In this document: piece after piece, positions 13,031 through 26,295 of the stretch
How the letters are laid out: each line of letters starts with the position of its first letter
Position numbering within the stretch: position 1 is the first letter of the stretch
From: Octopus vulgaris
Taxonomy: Eukaryota
Length of the DNA: 64,000 bases
Reading direction: 5' to 3'
NCBI GenBank assembly: GCA_951406725.2
Contig: OX597818.1
Span: forward strand, 143,406,001-143,470,000
Notes under the pieces: generated by a model
What the model saw: the letters and a program-made list of their open reading frames with translations, nothing else
The model's database searches: none
What the model was told of the DNA's origin: nothing
Made by a program: the position numbers and the translations under genes

Positions 13031-15136
13031 AAAAAAGACTGATCTTCCATTGGACTAACGGAATTATTATTTCTTAATGATAAAACTCAAGGGTAAACTA
13101 ACAAAGAAAAAGAAACAGAAAGCTTATCTTGATGCAAGTGTTAATATCAACTGATATCAACCCTTGCATCAATACCATCAGATTCAACAAAATGCTATAC
13201 GCAGCAACCATTATAGTTTCTCTTTCGGGTTCTAAGAATATCAAAGCAAGGCACAAGCAACAATATGGAAATAATTGATAAGATCACTTCATTCTTAAAG
13301 AAATTCATAGCAAAACGACATGGATACATTAGAATGAGTAAGAAATATTACAGTATGTGTCACAAAAAGAGAGAAGAATCCGGAATCAAGGAACATCTGA
13401 AAAAAGAAATCGCAAAGAATCGATCGGTAACACTTTGACCAAAACAAACAATTTGGCTCCAACATAAAAATAATTTTAACAGAAATTAACTAAAAATAAA
13501 ATAGAAATCATTGCAGTCCAAACAGCAAAAGAAATATTAGAATTTTGGGAAGGTGTTTAGGCCATGACTTTATCTCCGCGGTGAGATTGCTCAAAACAAA
13601 CGCAATACCTGAGCAACATGGGAGGCTATAGCAACACAAGTAGTGGGTCAGATGCTGCACCTATGTGCGTGTGGCAATGTGTGGCGTGTTCTTGTAATTA
13701 ACAATTTGTAAAACGGAGGACGAAAAACTATAACAACTTTGTAAAAGAGGGCTGTTTGTAGAAAGATTTTAAATCGTTGTGAATTCTATTCAGTGGTAAC
13801 TCGTACGGGTTCAAGTATTTCTTATCATCTCAAGTTTCTTAGATACGGAACGAAAGAAAGGGTTTTAACCTGAAGCCATGATTGATTACAATCAAGAACG
13901 AACACTGTGACAAGATTATCCTCAATTCCTGAATACAATCACTGAAGGTATGCAATCGCTAAAACATATTCTATCATCACCGAATTTTGTCTTTCTTTCT
14001 TCTTTTCTTCCGTTCTTTTTCTTTTTTTTTGTGAAGGGAGACTAAATATGTGAGAAAGATGCATAATTCGAAAGCACCAAGTAGAGACCTAAATGGTGTT
14101 TACGTGGACAGAATGTTGACGTTCTACAGAATTCCGCTTACGTGAATGTCAAGAAGAACAATGGAAGGCCATATCAACATACGAAACTCAAATCTTTTAA
14201 ATGAAGAATTAAAACAATCACTTGTCAGAATACTAAAGATCTATTTCTTACCTAAGTGCTATCGATTAGATTTACACCAGCTGTTTAAATCATTTCGTTC
14301 TAGGAGGTAAGTATGCGCTGAATAATCTTAATTATATGCTGAATAATTTTTAATTACGTGCTGAATTATTTTTAATTAATACACGAGTTTTATTGGCAAA
14401 GAAAAACATTTCCGTAGAAACATTATAGCTTAATTACAAAAAAAGTGTTTAACTTTATTCTTCGTTAATAGTTGTTGGAACCATCGCGTTTGGCAAAAGT
14501 GCTGCCTTCGTTATTGCCATTGAGCCTTACTAAATCTGGTCAACCATTTCCATTCTTGTAACCGAAAGCACAACGATTGTCTTCAAAGTTGTACATCTTT
14601 CAAAAGAAATATTCATGAAAATGTTCTGTCTGTGCTTTTTTATATTTTTGCACTAAATCTGTTGTCATATTTTAAAAGCGGGAGATTGGCAGAATTGTTA
14701 GATCGTATGACTCAGTATTTCTCCTGATTCTTTATGTTTTGAGTTCAAATCATAGAATAAGTACCATTCAGTGATTGGAATCGATGTAATCAACTAACTC
14801 GCTCCTACAATGATTAGGATTCTTGTATCTAAATTAGAAACAATTGCTTAAAATTACATTTGACATTTTGGTAAAGCGTACGACAGAAATAATGAATCTA
14901 ATCTATGTACAATGGAAATATCTCCAATGCTTCAAATAATCCTACTTAGTAACATTGTACTTAGTATTTTCAGCTGATACAGAGATGGAATTTGGCCAAA
15001 GGAAATATTGAAACTTAATGATTGAGCGTAGAAATACAAGTTTCCAAACAAGCATACACTAACTTCAATGGTCTCTAAGTCTTTCACTTTCATTTAAAAA
15101 GCGTATAAATTACACACACACACACACGGATGTACA

Positions 15137-15168
<32 letters not shown>

Positions 15169-15313
15169 CACAGACTTAAATATTGATGGGAAAATATACA
15201 AATGTGCTGTGAACATATGATGTTATACAGATTTAAGACCATAGCTTCTTTCTTCGTCTTTGCATGTATGTGTGAGTATGGATGCATGTATGTACGGGTT
15301 TGTACATATCTGA

Positions 15314-15351
<38 letters not shown>

Positions 15352-15826
15352 ACCTGTCGATTTTGCCCAGAGATGATTAGACTAGATAATTCATAAAAAA
15401 AACACACTTGTCTGTTTAAACACAGCAAGCAATGAGAGTGGCTGGGATGTAAGGCTCCCTCGAAATTTATCTTCTTCGCTGCGGTTCTTCTTTTTTCTTC
15501 TTTTTCACTTTGCAATATGTCTCATGTTTATATCAGACAACAAATCAAATTGAACGAAAATCAAGTTAACCAAACATGAAAAAAATAATTATAAACCATT
15601 AATAATCCACTTTACTTGCCTACTCTGTATGTGTATATGTACATGCTTTGTTTGTATGTATGTATGAATGTATGTATGTATGTATGTATGTATGTATGTA
15701 TGTATGTATGTATGTATGTATGTATGTATGTACGTATGTACGTATGTATGTATGCATGCATGTATGTATGTATGTATGTATGTATAGAATGTGTGTGTGT
15801 ATATACATATATATATATATATATAT

Positions 15827-15865
<39 letters not shown>

Positions 15866-15902
15866 TGCACACGCACACACACACGCACGCACACACACGC
15901 AT

Positions 15903-15934
<32 letters not shown>

Positions 15935-16279
15935 ACACGTAATTTTCTTCCTATACTGAAAGTAGTTCAAATTAGTTCACATTAATAATGCTTAATTGCT
16001 CAGTTCCGGCAATAAGTTGATGTTGAAAGGAAAGCTTCTGTTGGCCGAGACGAAGAGGCTTATCTTATGTTCTTTGTTCTTTGTGGAGACAGTCACCATC
16101 ACTTTGTCTGCCCTTACTTCCACAAATCTTCTATCACTACTTTCCTCCTCCTCCTCGTTATCATTGTCATCGTCATCATCATCAGCATCAGCATCATTGC
16201 CATCATCATCAACAAGAACAGCAACGACTACATTGCTGTTCTCTGTGACACCACAAGGGCTTCAGTGGTGAAACCTGAT

Positions 16280-17100
16280 GTCGTCTGATGTTCTTTTTAG
16301 ACTAGAATTTTCTTTGCGTGCATTTTATCCGTCTTCAAATGCGCCCCGGAAAATGGTTTTGGATATAGTATCGTGCCTGGCTACATATCCACATCAGGTG
16401 AGCTTAGCTTTCGTTGTTTCCTAGAGTTGGTGTGACTTGTCTGACAAAGCTGTTTTGTTTTGTGAAACGTGAATGAGATATGACGGAGTCTTCTGAAACA
16501 CTTTGTACTCGTACCACTAGATTCTATGTTCGGCCTCAAATATCCAGCTTTCACACTTATATAGAATATCATAGTCCTCGGGGTGGAGATGCTTATACAG
16601 TTTGAACTTCGTGGGAAAACTGATAGAACTGTTTTCTATATCACCTTTATCATGGCTGCTGAGGTCAGGCAGAGGCTTGCTTCTACCTCCTTTATTGATC
16701 TGTCGTTCTTATTCCAAAGGGATCCGAGATATTTAAAGTTGTCCACTACTTCAAGTTTTAGTCTATTGAGCAGAATGCTGATGGCTTTTGATCAGAGTTG
16801 ATTTCCATTCCGTACACACCCAAGACACTTTCCAGACTGGTGCTGAATTCCTGAAGTATTGCTTTGTTGTTTCGCATTAGGTTGACATCATCAGCATAAC
16901 GCAGACTGCAAAAAGGCTTGTCTGTTATAGAAATGGAAGTGTGAAGCTGTGTAATCACTGTTTTCCAGAAAGATGTTGAAAAGCACTGACGAGAGAAGAC
17001 AGCCGTGATGTATTCCGACAATTCTCCTGAAGCGATGTCCCCAATGTTATTATTCAGAAGAATTGCTGTTTGTATTTTCATTCGGCACTTGGATCACTTG
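16280..17100 (-). pseudogene. RTE-clade LINE RT fragment
   Basis: LRYADDVNL, YGMEIN and FKYLGSL motifs in broken frames. Confidence 0.75.
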
Positions 17101-17262
17101 AATGAGGTTCCTGTCGAAAGAATATTGATCATAAATACGATTACTTTACTAAGCATCATTCCAAACTATTTTAGAACTCATTAAAAGAAATAGATAACAA
17201 ATCTGCGTCAAATCACGCTCTAACGTCTTAGAACAGATACATTCAATGTAAAAAAAAAAAAA

Positions 17263-17497
17263 AGGCGGCGAGCTGGCAGAAACGTTAGCACGCCGGGCGA
17301 AATGCTTAGCAGTATTTCGTCTGCCGTTATGTTCTGAGTTCAAATTCCGCCGAGGTCCACTTTGCCTTTTCATCCTTTCGGGGTCGATAAATTAAGTACC
17401 AGTTACGCACTGGGGTCGATGTAATCGACTTAATCCCTTTGTCCTTGTTTGCCCCCTCTATGTTTAGCCCCTTGTGGGCAATAAAGAAATAAGAAAC
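17263..17497 (+). mobile_element. Full-length tRNA-derived SINE with a Meta-domain-like core and 12-bp TSD
   Basis: Head ggcggcgagctggcagaaacgttagc, B-box-like gagttcaaattcc, core ctttgcctttcatcctttcggggtcgataaattaagtacc. GATACATTCAAT at 17236-17247 and 17498-17509. Confidence 0.9.
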
Positions 17498-17879
17498 GAT
17501 ACATTCAATTCTGTAGTCCTGTAAACCCTATACCTAAAGACCAATGGGATGCTCACGGCTTGAATGCTTTTCAGTTAACTAAGCTCAAAGACTTTTTATT
17601 TAGCTCTCCAGGACAATTTTCATCTTTATTTCAATCGGGGTGAGAATTATGAAGACTTTATCCGTGGTGCCTTGTTCTCGTGTGTCGTTTTAATCTTGTT
17701 CAGAAGCCTATATAGTTGCCATCGTATTAAAGAAATAATAGTCAGGCGTTAAAGGGCAGTTTACAGCAGAATCTGCATGTGTGTGTGCGCGCATGCGCGT
17801 GTGACACCGAGTGTGAGTGCGCAAGCGTGTGTGCATATGTATCTGTCTCTCCATATATGTGTGTGTGTATGTGTGTGTT

Positions 17880-18035
17880 TTGGTTTATTTACGTATCCTT
17901 GACTTAGCGGTTCGTCAAAAGCTTGATAGAATAAATACCAGACTTTAAAAAATGAGAACCGAAGTATATTTGCTCGACTAAACCTTTCAAAGCGGTGTTC
18001 CAGCAAGACCACAGTCCAATGACTGAATCGGATGG
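17880..18035 (+). mobile_element. SINE 3' portion
   Basis: Homology to other in-window copies. Confidence 0.65.
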
Positions 18036-19255
18036 GAAATAAATTCAAAAAATAAAATCGCTTCATTGTCAAAGCATGAGTGTTTGGAATGGGGATCCGA
18101 AGTTTGCGATTTGGGTGGCAAGTTAGTTGGAATCACCTTTCCTTTGAAGTTGCCTATTCTTATCAAGCTGTGCAAAAAGTAGAATATACGATAAAGGATA
18201 ATTATTAAAATTCTTAAATTCATCGGCCGTAACGGCTATAATTTAATATTACCAGCGGTATTTCGCCTCAGAAGCGTTAGACCAGGAGTTCTCGGTTATC
18301 TTTCATTTACCGGCTTCTTTGATTACTATTTTATTCTGGTGGATCCCATAGCCATTCGAAAACAGTTCTATCAGTCAAGATATTTTCGCCGCTTTGAGAC
18401 CGCAACCGGTTCACTGACAAAATTCCGTGCTACATTTTGTCAGTGGACAGGCCGCGGTCTCAAAGCGACGAAAATATTTTGACAAATTAAATTTAAATGT
18501 TGAAGTGAATCTAACGGTTTTTTGTGTGTTTCTTAAATGGCTCCCACGCTGCAATTGTTTTCGTTCCAGCCCACGATCTCAGATTAGGTCACTTGCTATG
18601 CAAGTACATCTCCGTAATATACTTAAAGTCTACTATAATTCAGAGTGGTTGAAGAAAATAATGGGGGTCAAGAAAGAGGGCTTTATCCTTATCACATTCA
18701 AAAGACTCAATGCTGCATGTTGTCTACAACCCCTTAGAATTAAATCCATTCGGAATTGACAATTAAGGTCTTGTTGGTGGTAATAAATTAATTAATGTCA
18801 GATACTCTCCCCTACCCCTATTTTACCGGGACCATAAAAGAATATTCTCAGAAATTGCCAGTAAGATAATGATATATAGAGAAGAGGTGATAACCAGAAA
18901 GAGGGAGGACAGGCGTATCTTAATATGTTATGATTATCAAATAAAAGGGGCCTAAATTGGAAAACAAAAGAGATCTTAATGAGATCTAAGTGTGGGAATT
19001 AAAACTTAGCAAAATTTGTATATTAAAATATTAAAATTTAGAAAAGGGTTTAAGAAAAAAAGGACAGATAAATCAACTCAAGCTTTAAAAGTGGGGGTAA
19101 TATAAGAGAAACCTCATAATCTTTCTTCCTAGCATATTACTGAGGTGGTCATGCTAAAACTATTCAACAATGATCCTATAAATAAATTCAGATATCATCC
19201 GAGTAGGGGCACACAATTTCTATTGAATCAAAATCAGAGATTAAAGGCTAAATAA

Positions 19256-19470
19256 AAATAAGATAAATATTTCTATATCAGGTAAATTTATTTAAAATCT
19301 CAGAAAAAATATATTTATATAAAAATTACTAACATTATGAAAAAATCCAAAAGCCCCTCTCCCCAAATAAGATAAATATTTTTATATCAGGTAAAAACTT
19401 TGAAAAAATATATTTATATAAAAATTAACAACATTATGAAAAAAATCCGAAAGGCTAAAAAAATAAGATA
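19256..19470 (+). repeat. ~110-bp AT-rich tandem duplication
   Basis: aaataagataaatattt.tatatcaggtaaa...aacattatgaaaaaatcc occurs twice, and a third unit begins. Confidence 0.8.
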
Positions 19471-19861
19471 CTCACTGTATGAGGATTTTAACGCAAATAA
19501 TGCTTTGCTTTATTGTATTTTTTATTTTTCGTTTAAGTTTACTTAATTACTCCCTGTCTTTGTCTATAAAGTCGCAACGGAATCCGTCTCTCTCCATTCC
19601 TGCCTATCAGCTTAAACATACTGCCACTAACGGCATGCTGTTATAAAACGGAGCGGAACAGAGTTTATTTAACGATAGGCATCAACTGAGGAAATACGTC
19701 TGCACCGAGGGATGCACCACAACCAGCTGTACACTATCTCACCCACGAGGGATTGATGTAAGATGCGTGAAACGAACCTTGTATATTCCATTTTCCGTCT
19801 CTATCATTTGTTATATGTGTGTGTGTGTTTGTGCGTATATATATGTATATGCATATATATA

Positions 19862-19931
<70 letters not shown>

Positions 19932-20235
19932 GGAAATGGATGCGTGGCGTTCGATCATATAATAATATAAATAATATATAAATATATGTATATATACATA
20001 CATATATGTACATACTTACTTATATATGTATATATGCATGCATATATGGGTACAGGACATAAAAAAACGTGAACAAAATGAGAAATGAAAATATAAAAAG
20101 CAAAAACATAGAAAACGAACTTTTTTCGAACGAAAGAAACAAATAGAGAAACGAGACAGGCAACATAAAGAACATTCCCTTCATCAGTTGTCCATGTATA
20201 TATGCATGTATTTATATATTATTTATATATATATT

Positions 20236-20660
20236 ATATAAAATCCGTTCTGTCTGTCTGTGTATGTGTCTTCTAGGATCTCGGGCATATTCCATCTGAT
20301 TACGCTTAAATTTGATATGTAGATACCGATGGTATCAGAGCGTGAATGAATCGTGAAAAAATTACAAAAATCGATTCCAGGTGAGAATGCGATCGATAAA
20401 GCGGTTTTTGTCCTGCTTTTCTTCCGTCAACCTGTACATAACTGCACCTTCCATTTTTTGTTGTTTTTGTACTGCTTAAAAGCTTACTGTTTAAACCATG
20501 TTTGTGTTCTCCCAGTCAACAACCTTATCATTACTGGAACTTTAATCTCTTCGGTTGCATATTTTGTGTGAATACAATCGTTTTTCTTTAGAATAGAAAA
20601 AAAAGTCTATCTTTATTTCTTCTTTTGCTGGTGTCTCAAATTTAGGTTAAATCAGTGTTT
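20236..20660 (+). mobile_element. Probable Helitron-like 5' fragment
   Basis: Opens tatataaaa...tctgtctgtctgtgtatgtg, the same layout as the 5' end of the 6415-7020 element. No 3' CTAG end found. Confidence 0.35.
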
Positions 20661-20705
20661 CTCATAGGGTAGGCCTATGGGACTGTCGGACAAGTTGTTT
20701 TGAGA

Positions 20706-20814
20706 ATGGCCCAGTGGTTAGGGCAGTGGACTCGGAGGATCGCGGTTTCGATTCCCAGACCGGACGTTGTGTGTGTTTATTGAGCGAAAACGCCTAAAGC
20801 TCCACGAGGCTCCG
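20706..20814 (+). mobile_element. tRNA-derived SINE head (same head as 44352-44737 and 60350-60644)
   Basis: atggcccagtggttagggcag (A box) ... ggtttcgattcc (B box). Confidence 0.8.
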
Positions 20815-20871
20815 TACGTTATTTACATTATTTACATTTGTCAGATATTTGTCCTCATCTTGTTTGTTGTT

Positions 20872-20917
20872 AACACAACGTTTCGGCTGATATACCCTCC
20901 AGCCTTCATCAGGTGTC
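20872..20917 (-). ncRNA. Minimal type I hammerhead ribozyme fold, canonical core
   Basis: GACAC-CUGAUGA-A-GGCUG(GAGGGUAUAU)CAGCC-GAAAC-GUU-GUGUU. Stem I GACAC/GUGUU, 5-bp stem II, loopless palindromic stem III ACGU. Confidence 0.7.
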
Positions 20918-20966
20918 TTGGGGAAATTTCGAACCTGGGTTCTCATTCCTAATGTATTTGTCGATG

Positions 20967-21047
<81 letters not shown>

Positions 21048-21130
21048 TCACTGCATGGAATAGAACTCGGAAAGTTTGGGTTAGTAGCCTGCGCTCTTCA
21101 CCACTACACCATATATATATATATATATAT

Positions 21131-21172
<42 letters not shown>

Positions 21173-22387
21173 GTGTGTATATATATATATATGTATATAT
21201 GTACATATATATATATGTATATATATATATACATATATATATAGACAGACATAAATACATGCATACATACATACATACATACATACATACATACATACAT
21301 ACATACATACATACATACATACATACATACATACATACATGTATGTGTATGCATATGTATAAGTTTGTGTATATGTATGTGTAGATATAATTATTGACGA
21401 ATTAAACCAATTAGCCGAGAATCTAATACAAGTTCCCAGACAATTTTAAGTCTCGACTCTATCCACAATCTGTTCGTGTGCAATAACCCCAGTAATTAGA
21501 TTTATCCTAAATTTAAGCCGATAATTGAATTAAATGTTGTTGTCATCGCTGGGAAACCCTAAATTAAACAACATTATTATTCGCTGATTCAAGAGCGAAT
21601 AGGCTCTTGAAGATTTTTATCAAGATTACAATATACAGAAGTTTTTGGTCTTGATTTATTTGTTTTTATTGTCGAGCTTCACGATGCCTCCATCACATGT
21701 TGTGTTCTAAACGAGATGTTTTTGAGCCAACGAGGAATCTTCTACGGAACCCTGCAAGAAATAGCAACTAAATTTCCTTCAAATCACACATCCTATCATC
21801 TTAAAAAAAGGAAGGGCTCATTTAAATGATTTAATACAAAATGTTCTATGTTTGACCAAAAGGCGGTGTGGTCGACAGTGGCCTGATAACCCATCATGGT
21901 ACCAGGAAGCATAGACATTTCTAGGGCCCCTACCTCAATTAACAAGCATTATAAGTGGAAAGAAATATTGCACCCCTTCACAGCTGCATCCTAAAGCGAC
22001 TCAACGCTCATCTCTATCTCCTGCTATGTCTTTGATAGCAGGGAAGATATGATTTAATCATAGGTCGTTCGATCAGTGTTAACCTGGGGATAATCAAAGA
22101 ATATTTATATACGTACATGCAAATATGTATATATGCATCTATACAAATATGTGTATACATGCATGCACACACACACACACGCACGCACGCACACACATAT
22201 CCCGTAGTATGTTTTGATACAATTCACTTTACCAGAAGTTTTAGATTCAGTTCCGTTTAACTTTCCACTCGTATATTCATGTTGTACTATGGCTGTATTA
22301 ATCGAGCAATGACAAGCTAGATGTGCGTGAGAGAGAGAGGGATTTTGTGTGTGTGTGTATGTATGTATATATACATATATATATATG

Positions 22388-23348
22388 GTCTCTTGTCGCT
22401 TGAAAATTAACCTCGTTAAGAGCGACTGTCGGCCTCCCGAACGAATGAAAACGTCATGAAAATTCATTAACTGATCTTGGAGGACCGTCACCAAACAATT
22501 GACGAACTTGTTGGTACAACTCATGTGTCCTGCAGCTCCTGCCAATGAATTTTAGGCGAGAATTGCGAATGAGAAAAGTTGCAGCAAAATTTGTGTTATC
22601 TGTCGGGAAAAACGGCGATCGAAAGCAGTGTCGTGCCACTGAATGCTTACTGAACTGAAAGAACAGTTGGTATTGATCCGGATATTCTTTGAAGGTCATC
22701 ACTGGTGATGAAAGCTGTTACTAATGCTACGACCCGAAATCAAGTCAATGAAAGCATTCAATGTCACCCCGCCCCCCAAAAGTGTGTCAAGGGAAGTCCA
22801 ATGTCAAGACGAAGGTGGTCGTTTAATCGATGCGAAAGGAATTGTCCACACAGTTTTTTTCTTCCTGGTCAAACTGTTAACCAGGCATTTTACTTAGCAG
22901 TTCTGAAGCGTTTGCGAAACGCGGTGAGACGAAAATGCCACGACCTGTGGCAAAGTGGAGAGTGATGGTTTCATCATGACAATGCCCCCGCGGACAACAC
23001 CTTGAGTGTGAGACAGTTTTTGACCAAAAATGGCATGACCCCCCCCCCTCCTTTACCTATTCCTCCGATTTTGTTCCTTGCGATTTCTTTTTGCTCTCTC
23101 GAATGAAAAAGTCCTTAAAGGAAAATGCTTTGTAGATGTGGAAGAGGTGAAGAAAAAAACGACGGAGACGTTAAAAGGTATTATTTCGCAAGAGCTCCAG
23201 GACTGCTTCGAACGGTGGAAAACGCGTCTGGACCGATGCATTCCTTCAAATGGGGAATACTTTGAATGCAGTAAAAGAGTAAACATATAAAAGTAAGTGA
23301 ATAAAATAATATTGCAAAATTCCGGTTTCTTTTGGGTACACCCTCGTA
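22388..23348 (+). mobile_element. Mariner relic, 5'-truncated, with right TIR and TA
   Basis: MRKVAAKFV, ITGDES, TVNQAFYLAVLKRLR, HHDNAP and RCIPSNGEYFE. Ends ...gggtacaccctcg|ta. Confidence 0.9.
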
Positions 23349-23485
23349 TATATATATAACGGGAAGCTTTATGAAAATAGACAAAACCGAAGGCAGGTTT
23401 GCGGAAATAAACAAAAGACGAAGGCAGGTGGAATACAAACAAACAATTGTATTAGTATGGCGCTCAGGAAATATAAATAAAACAA

Positions 23486-23527
23486 GTATTTAACGTTTCG
23501 AGACTACGCTCTTCAACAGAAAGATAC
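23486..23527 (-). ncRNA. Hammerhead-like fold with A6U core change
   Basis: GUAUCUUU-CUGUUGA-A-GAG(CGUAGU)CUC-GAAAC-GUU-AAAUAC. Confidence 0.45.
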
Positions 23528-23542
23528 ACAGAGAAGAAACAC

Positions 23543-23682
<140 letters not shown>

Positions 23683-24023
23683 ACCGCATACCGAAAATTG
23701 GACTCGGGCATGACAGACCCTGTAATTCACAACCGCCAGACTTCGTATTCGTTATCTATTCCTTCTGTTTTGCATATGTGAATTACAGGGTCTGTCATGC
23801 CCGGAGTCCAACTTTGATAGAAATAAGCATTCTTGACTGCTATTTCTATTTTTCGGTATGCGGTCAAGCAACCTGTTTTGCCTGTCCCTTTTTCTTATAT
23901 ACAATATATATACTGAACTTTACAGAAGTTCCTGCCGGTAATCGGCTATATTTACATACCGAATTCTACCAGTAAATAATTGGGTTTTTTTAAAAGCCTT
24001 TATAGAAATTATTTACTCTTATC

Positions 24024-24055
<32 letters not shown>

Positions 24056-24339
24056 TATATATTATATATGTTTGTGTGCCTACAAATGTGTCGTGTGCGC
24101 GCGTTTGTCGACATATGTATGATGTGTACATGTATGAGGATCTGGAAGAGTTTTTTTCCGAACCGTATTTACAGATTCTACTGCAGATGCCATCACGTAA
24201 GTTCTATTAAAATAATTGTTAAGTTCAATTCAACAAACTATACGGCAGAACAGTAAAATAAACTATACGACAGAACAGCTCAACAAACTGTACAATAGGA
24301 CAGTTCAGCAAATTCTTTGGAAATGAGTTAAACAAACAT

Positions 24340-24557
24340 TATTCTTTTCTACTCGAGGCACAAGGCACGAAATTTTTGGGGAGGAGGCCAGTCAATTACA
24401 TCGACCACAATACCCAACTGGTACTTAATTTATCGACCCTGAAAGGATGAAAGGCAAAGTCGACCTAAGCAGAATTTGATCTCAGAACGTAAAGACAGAC
24501 GAAATACGGCTAAGCTCTTCGCCCGGTGTGCTAAAGTTTCTGCCAGCTCGCCGCCTT
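24340..24557 (-). mobile_element. tRNA-derived SINE (same family as 17263)
   Basis: Reverse complement of the ggcggcgagctggcag head and Meta-like core. Confidence 0.85.
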
Positions 24558-24844
24558 GTTAAACAAACATTATTGTAAAACAAATAACCTGGTTTTGCAA
24601 ACATATAGTCCAATTCTTCAGTAAAGTCGAGAATAAGTCGAATGAATTAACTGTGTACTCGAATGTTAGAAAAACAGTAACGGTGGCGGTGGTGGACCAT
24701 TTTAGTTGAATAAATAAATTGAGATAAGATAAAACAAACAACAAATGAAGAGCATTGAAGCATACGGCTGTCGGAGGTAGACGTAGTAAATGATATTGTT
24801 AACACGTGCACTCACCACGTATGTGACTATATAGTACATGTATT

Positions 24845-24881
<37 letters not shown>

Positions 24882-24946
24882 GTGTCTGTCTGTCTGTCTG
24901 CATCTCTCTCTCTCTCTCTCTTGATACATACATACATACATATATG

Positions 24947-25005
<59 letters not shown>

Positions 25006-25287
25006 ATACAATATGTTACATTACTCGGTATCTAAAACTCTGAGTTTCAGATGCCGAAGTGAAATCACAACACCATCTCATCGGTTATCTGCAGATAACC
25101 GATGAGATGGTGTTGTGGATTTCCACTCGCATCTGAAACTCTCTGACTACCGAGTAATGTAACATATTGTATAGATAAATTTCCTCTATTTACATAATAT
25201 TGAGGTCTCTTTCTTTCTTTTGTTATCTTACCGTTTTATCAATATATATATATATATATATAAATATATATATACATATATATATAT

Positions 25288-25367
<80 letters not shown>

Positions 25368-25712
25368 CTTTTACTTGTTTCAATCATTAGACTGCGGCCA
25401 TGCTGGAACACCGCCGTGAAAAAGTTTTAACGAATGAATCGACATCACTACTTTTATTTTTTTAATCCTGACACTTATCTTATCGGTCTCTTGTGCCGAA
25501 CCGCTAGAAAAAGGGGACATAAACGCACTAACACCGAATGTGAAGCAATGGCGGGACGGACACACACATACGTACACACACACGCACACACATATGAGGG
25601 CTTCTCTCAGTTTCCGTCTACCAAACCCACTCACAAGGCTTTGCTCACCCCGAAGCTATAGTAAAAAACAGCCCGGAAGCATATGATTGAGAAGCAAACT
25701 TCTTACTACACA
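25368..25712 (-). mobile_element. Composite SINE (3' part, (CA)n, head remnant)
   Basis: Reverse complement of the 50-kb SINE family. Confidence 0.7.
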
Positions 25713-25720
25713 CCCACCAT

Positions 25721-25808
<88 letters not shown>

Positions 25809-25854
25809 AGTTTGAAAACGCCACTATATAAGATAAATTTTAATTTTCTTAGAA

Positions 25855-25903
25855 ATTTTACATGTTTCGGTTCTTCTTGAAAAAAACGAACCTTATCAAA
25901 AAT
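25855..25903 (-). ncRNA. Minimal type I hammerhead ribozyme fold, U3-A8 core variant
   Basis: AUUU-UUGAUAA-GGUUC(14 nt)GAACC-GAAA-CAUG-UA-AAAU. Perfect 5-bp stem II, palindromic stem III ACAUGU, GUA triplet. Confidence 0.62.
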
Positions 25904-26146
25904 ATTTTAAAAAGTTAAGTGTAATAAAAAAGTTCATAATTGTTTCTTACTAGTCTCAGCAGAATCCATGTGGTGTTTTTTTTGTGGGGGAGAGCATAAT
26001 AGCGGTCTTGTGTGTTGACTAAAGTTGGGGAAATGACCAGTGGCCGAAATAGCAGTAGTAGCAGTGACTATATATATATATAAAGAGGAACACGTTTAGT
26101 TTTCTTATCTATACATACATATATATATATACACGTGTATGTATAT

Positions 26147-26295
26147 GCAGGCGTGGCTATGTGGTAAATAACTTGCTTCCCAACCACATGGTTCGGGGTT
26201 TAGACCCACTGCGTGAGACCTTGCTCAAGTATCTCCTACTATAGCCTCGGGCCGACCAAAGCCTTGTGAGCAGAAACTGAAGGAAGCCCGTCGTG
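26147..26295 (+). mobile_element. tRNA-derived SINE head (gcaggcgtggct.tgtggtaa family)
   Basis: Same as 50357-50500. Confidence 0.8.

Noticed and set aside
13190-14260. Possible very old R4-like LINE remnant
   Set aside because: Too decayed to support with motifs by eye.
14312-14378. Short repeats resembling a CRISPR array
   Set aside because: Head-to-tail with no spacers, in eukaryotic DNA with no cas genes.
20120-20195. Minus-strand CUGAUGA in a repeat
   Set aside because: No properly placed stem II, GAAA and NUH.
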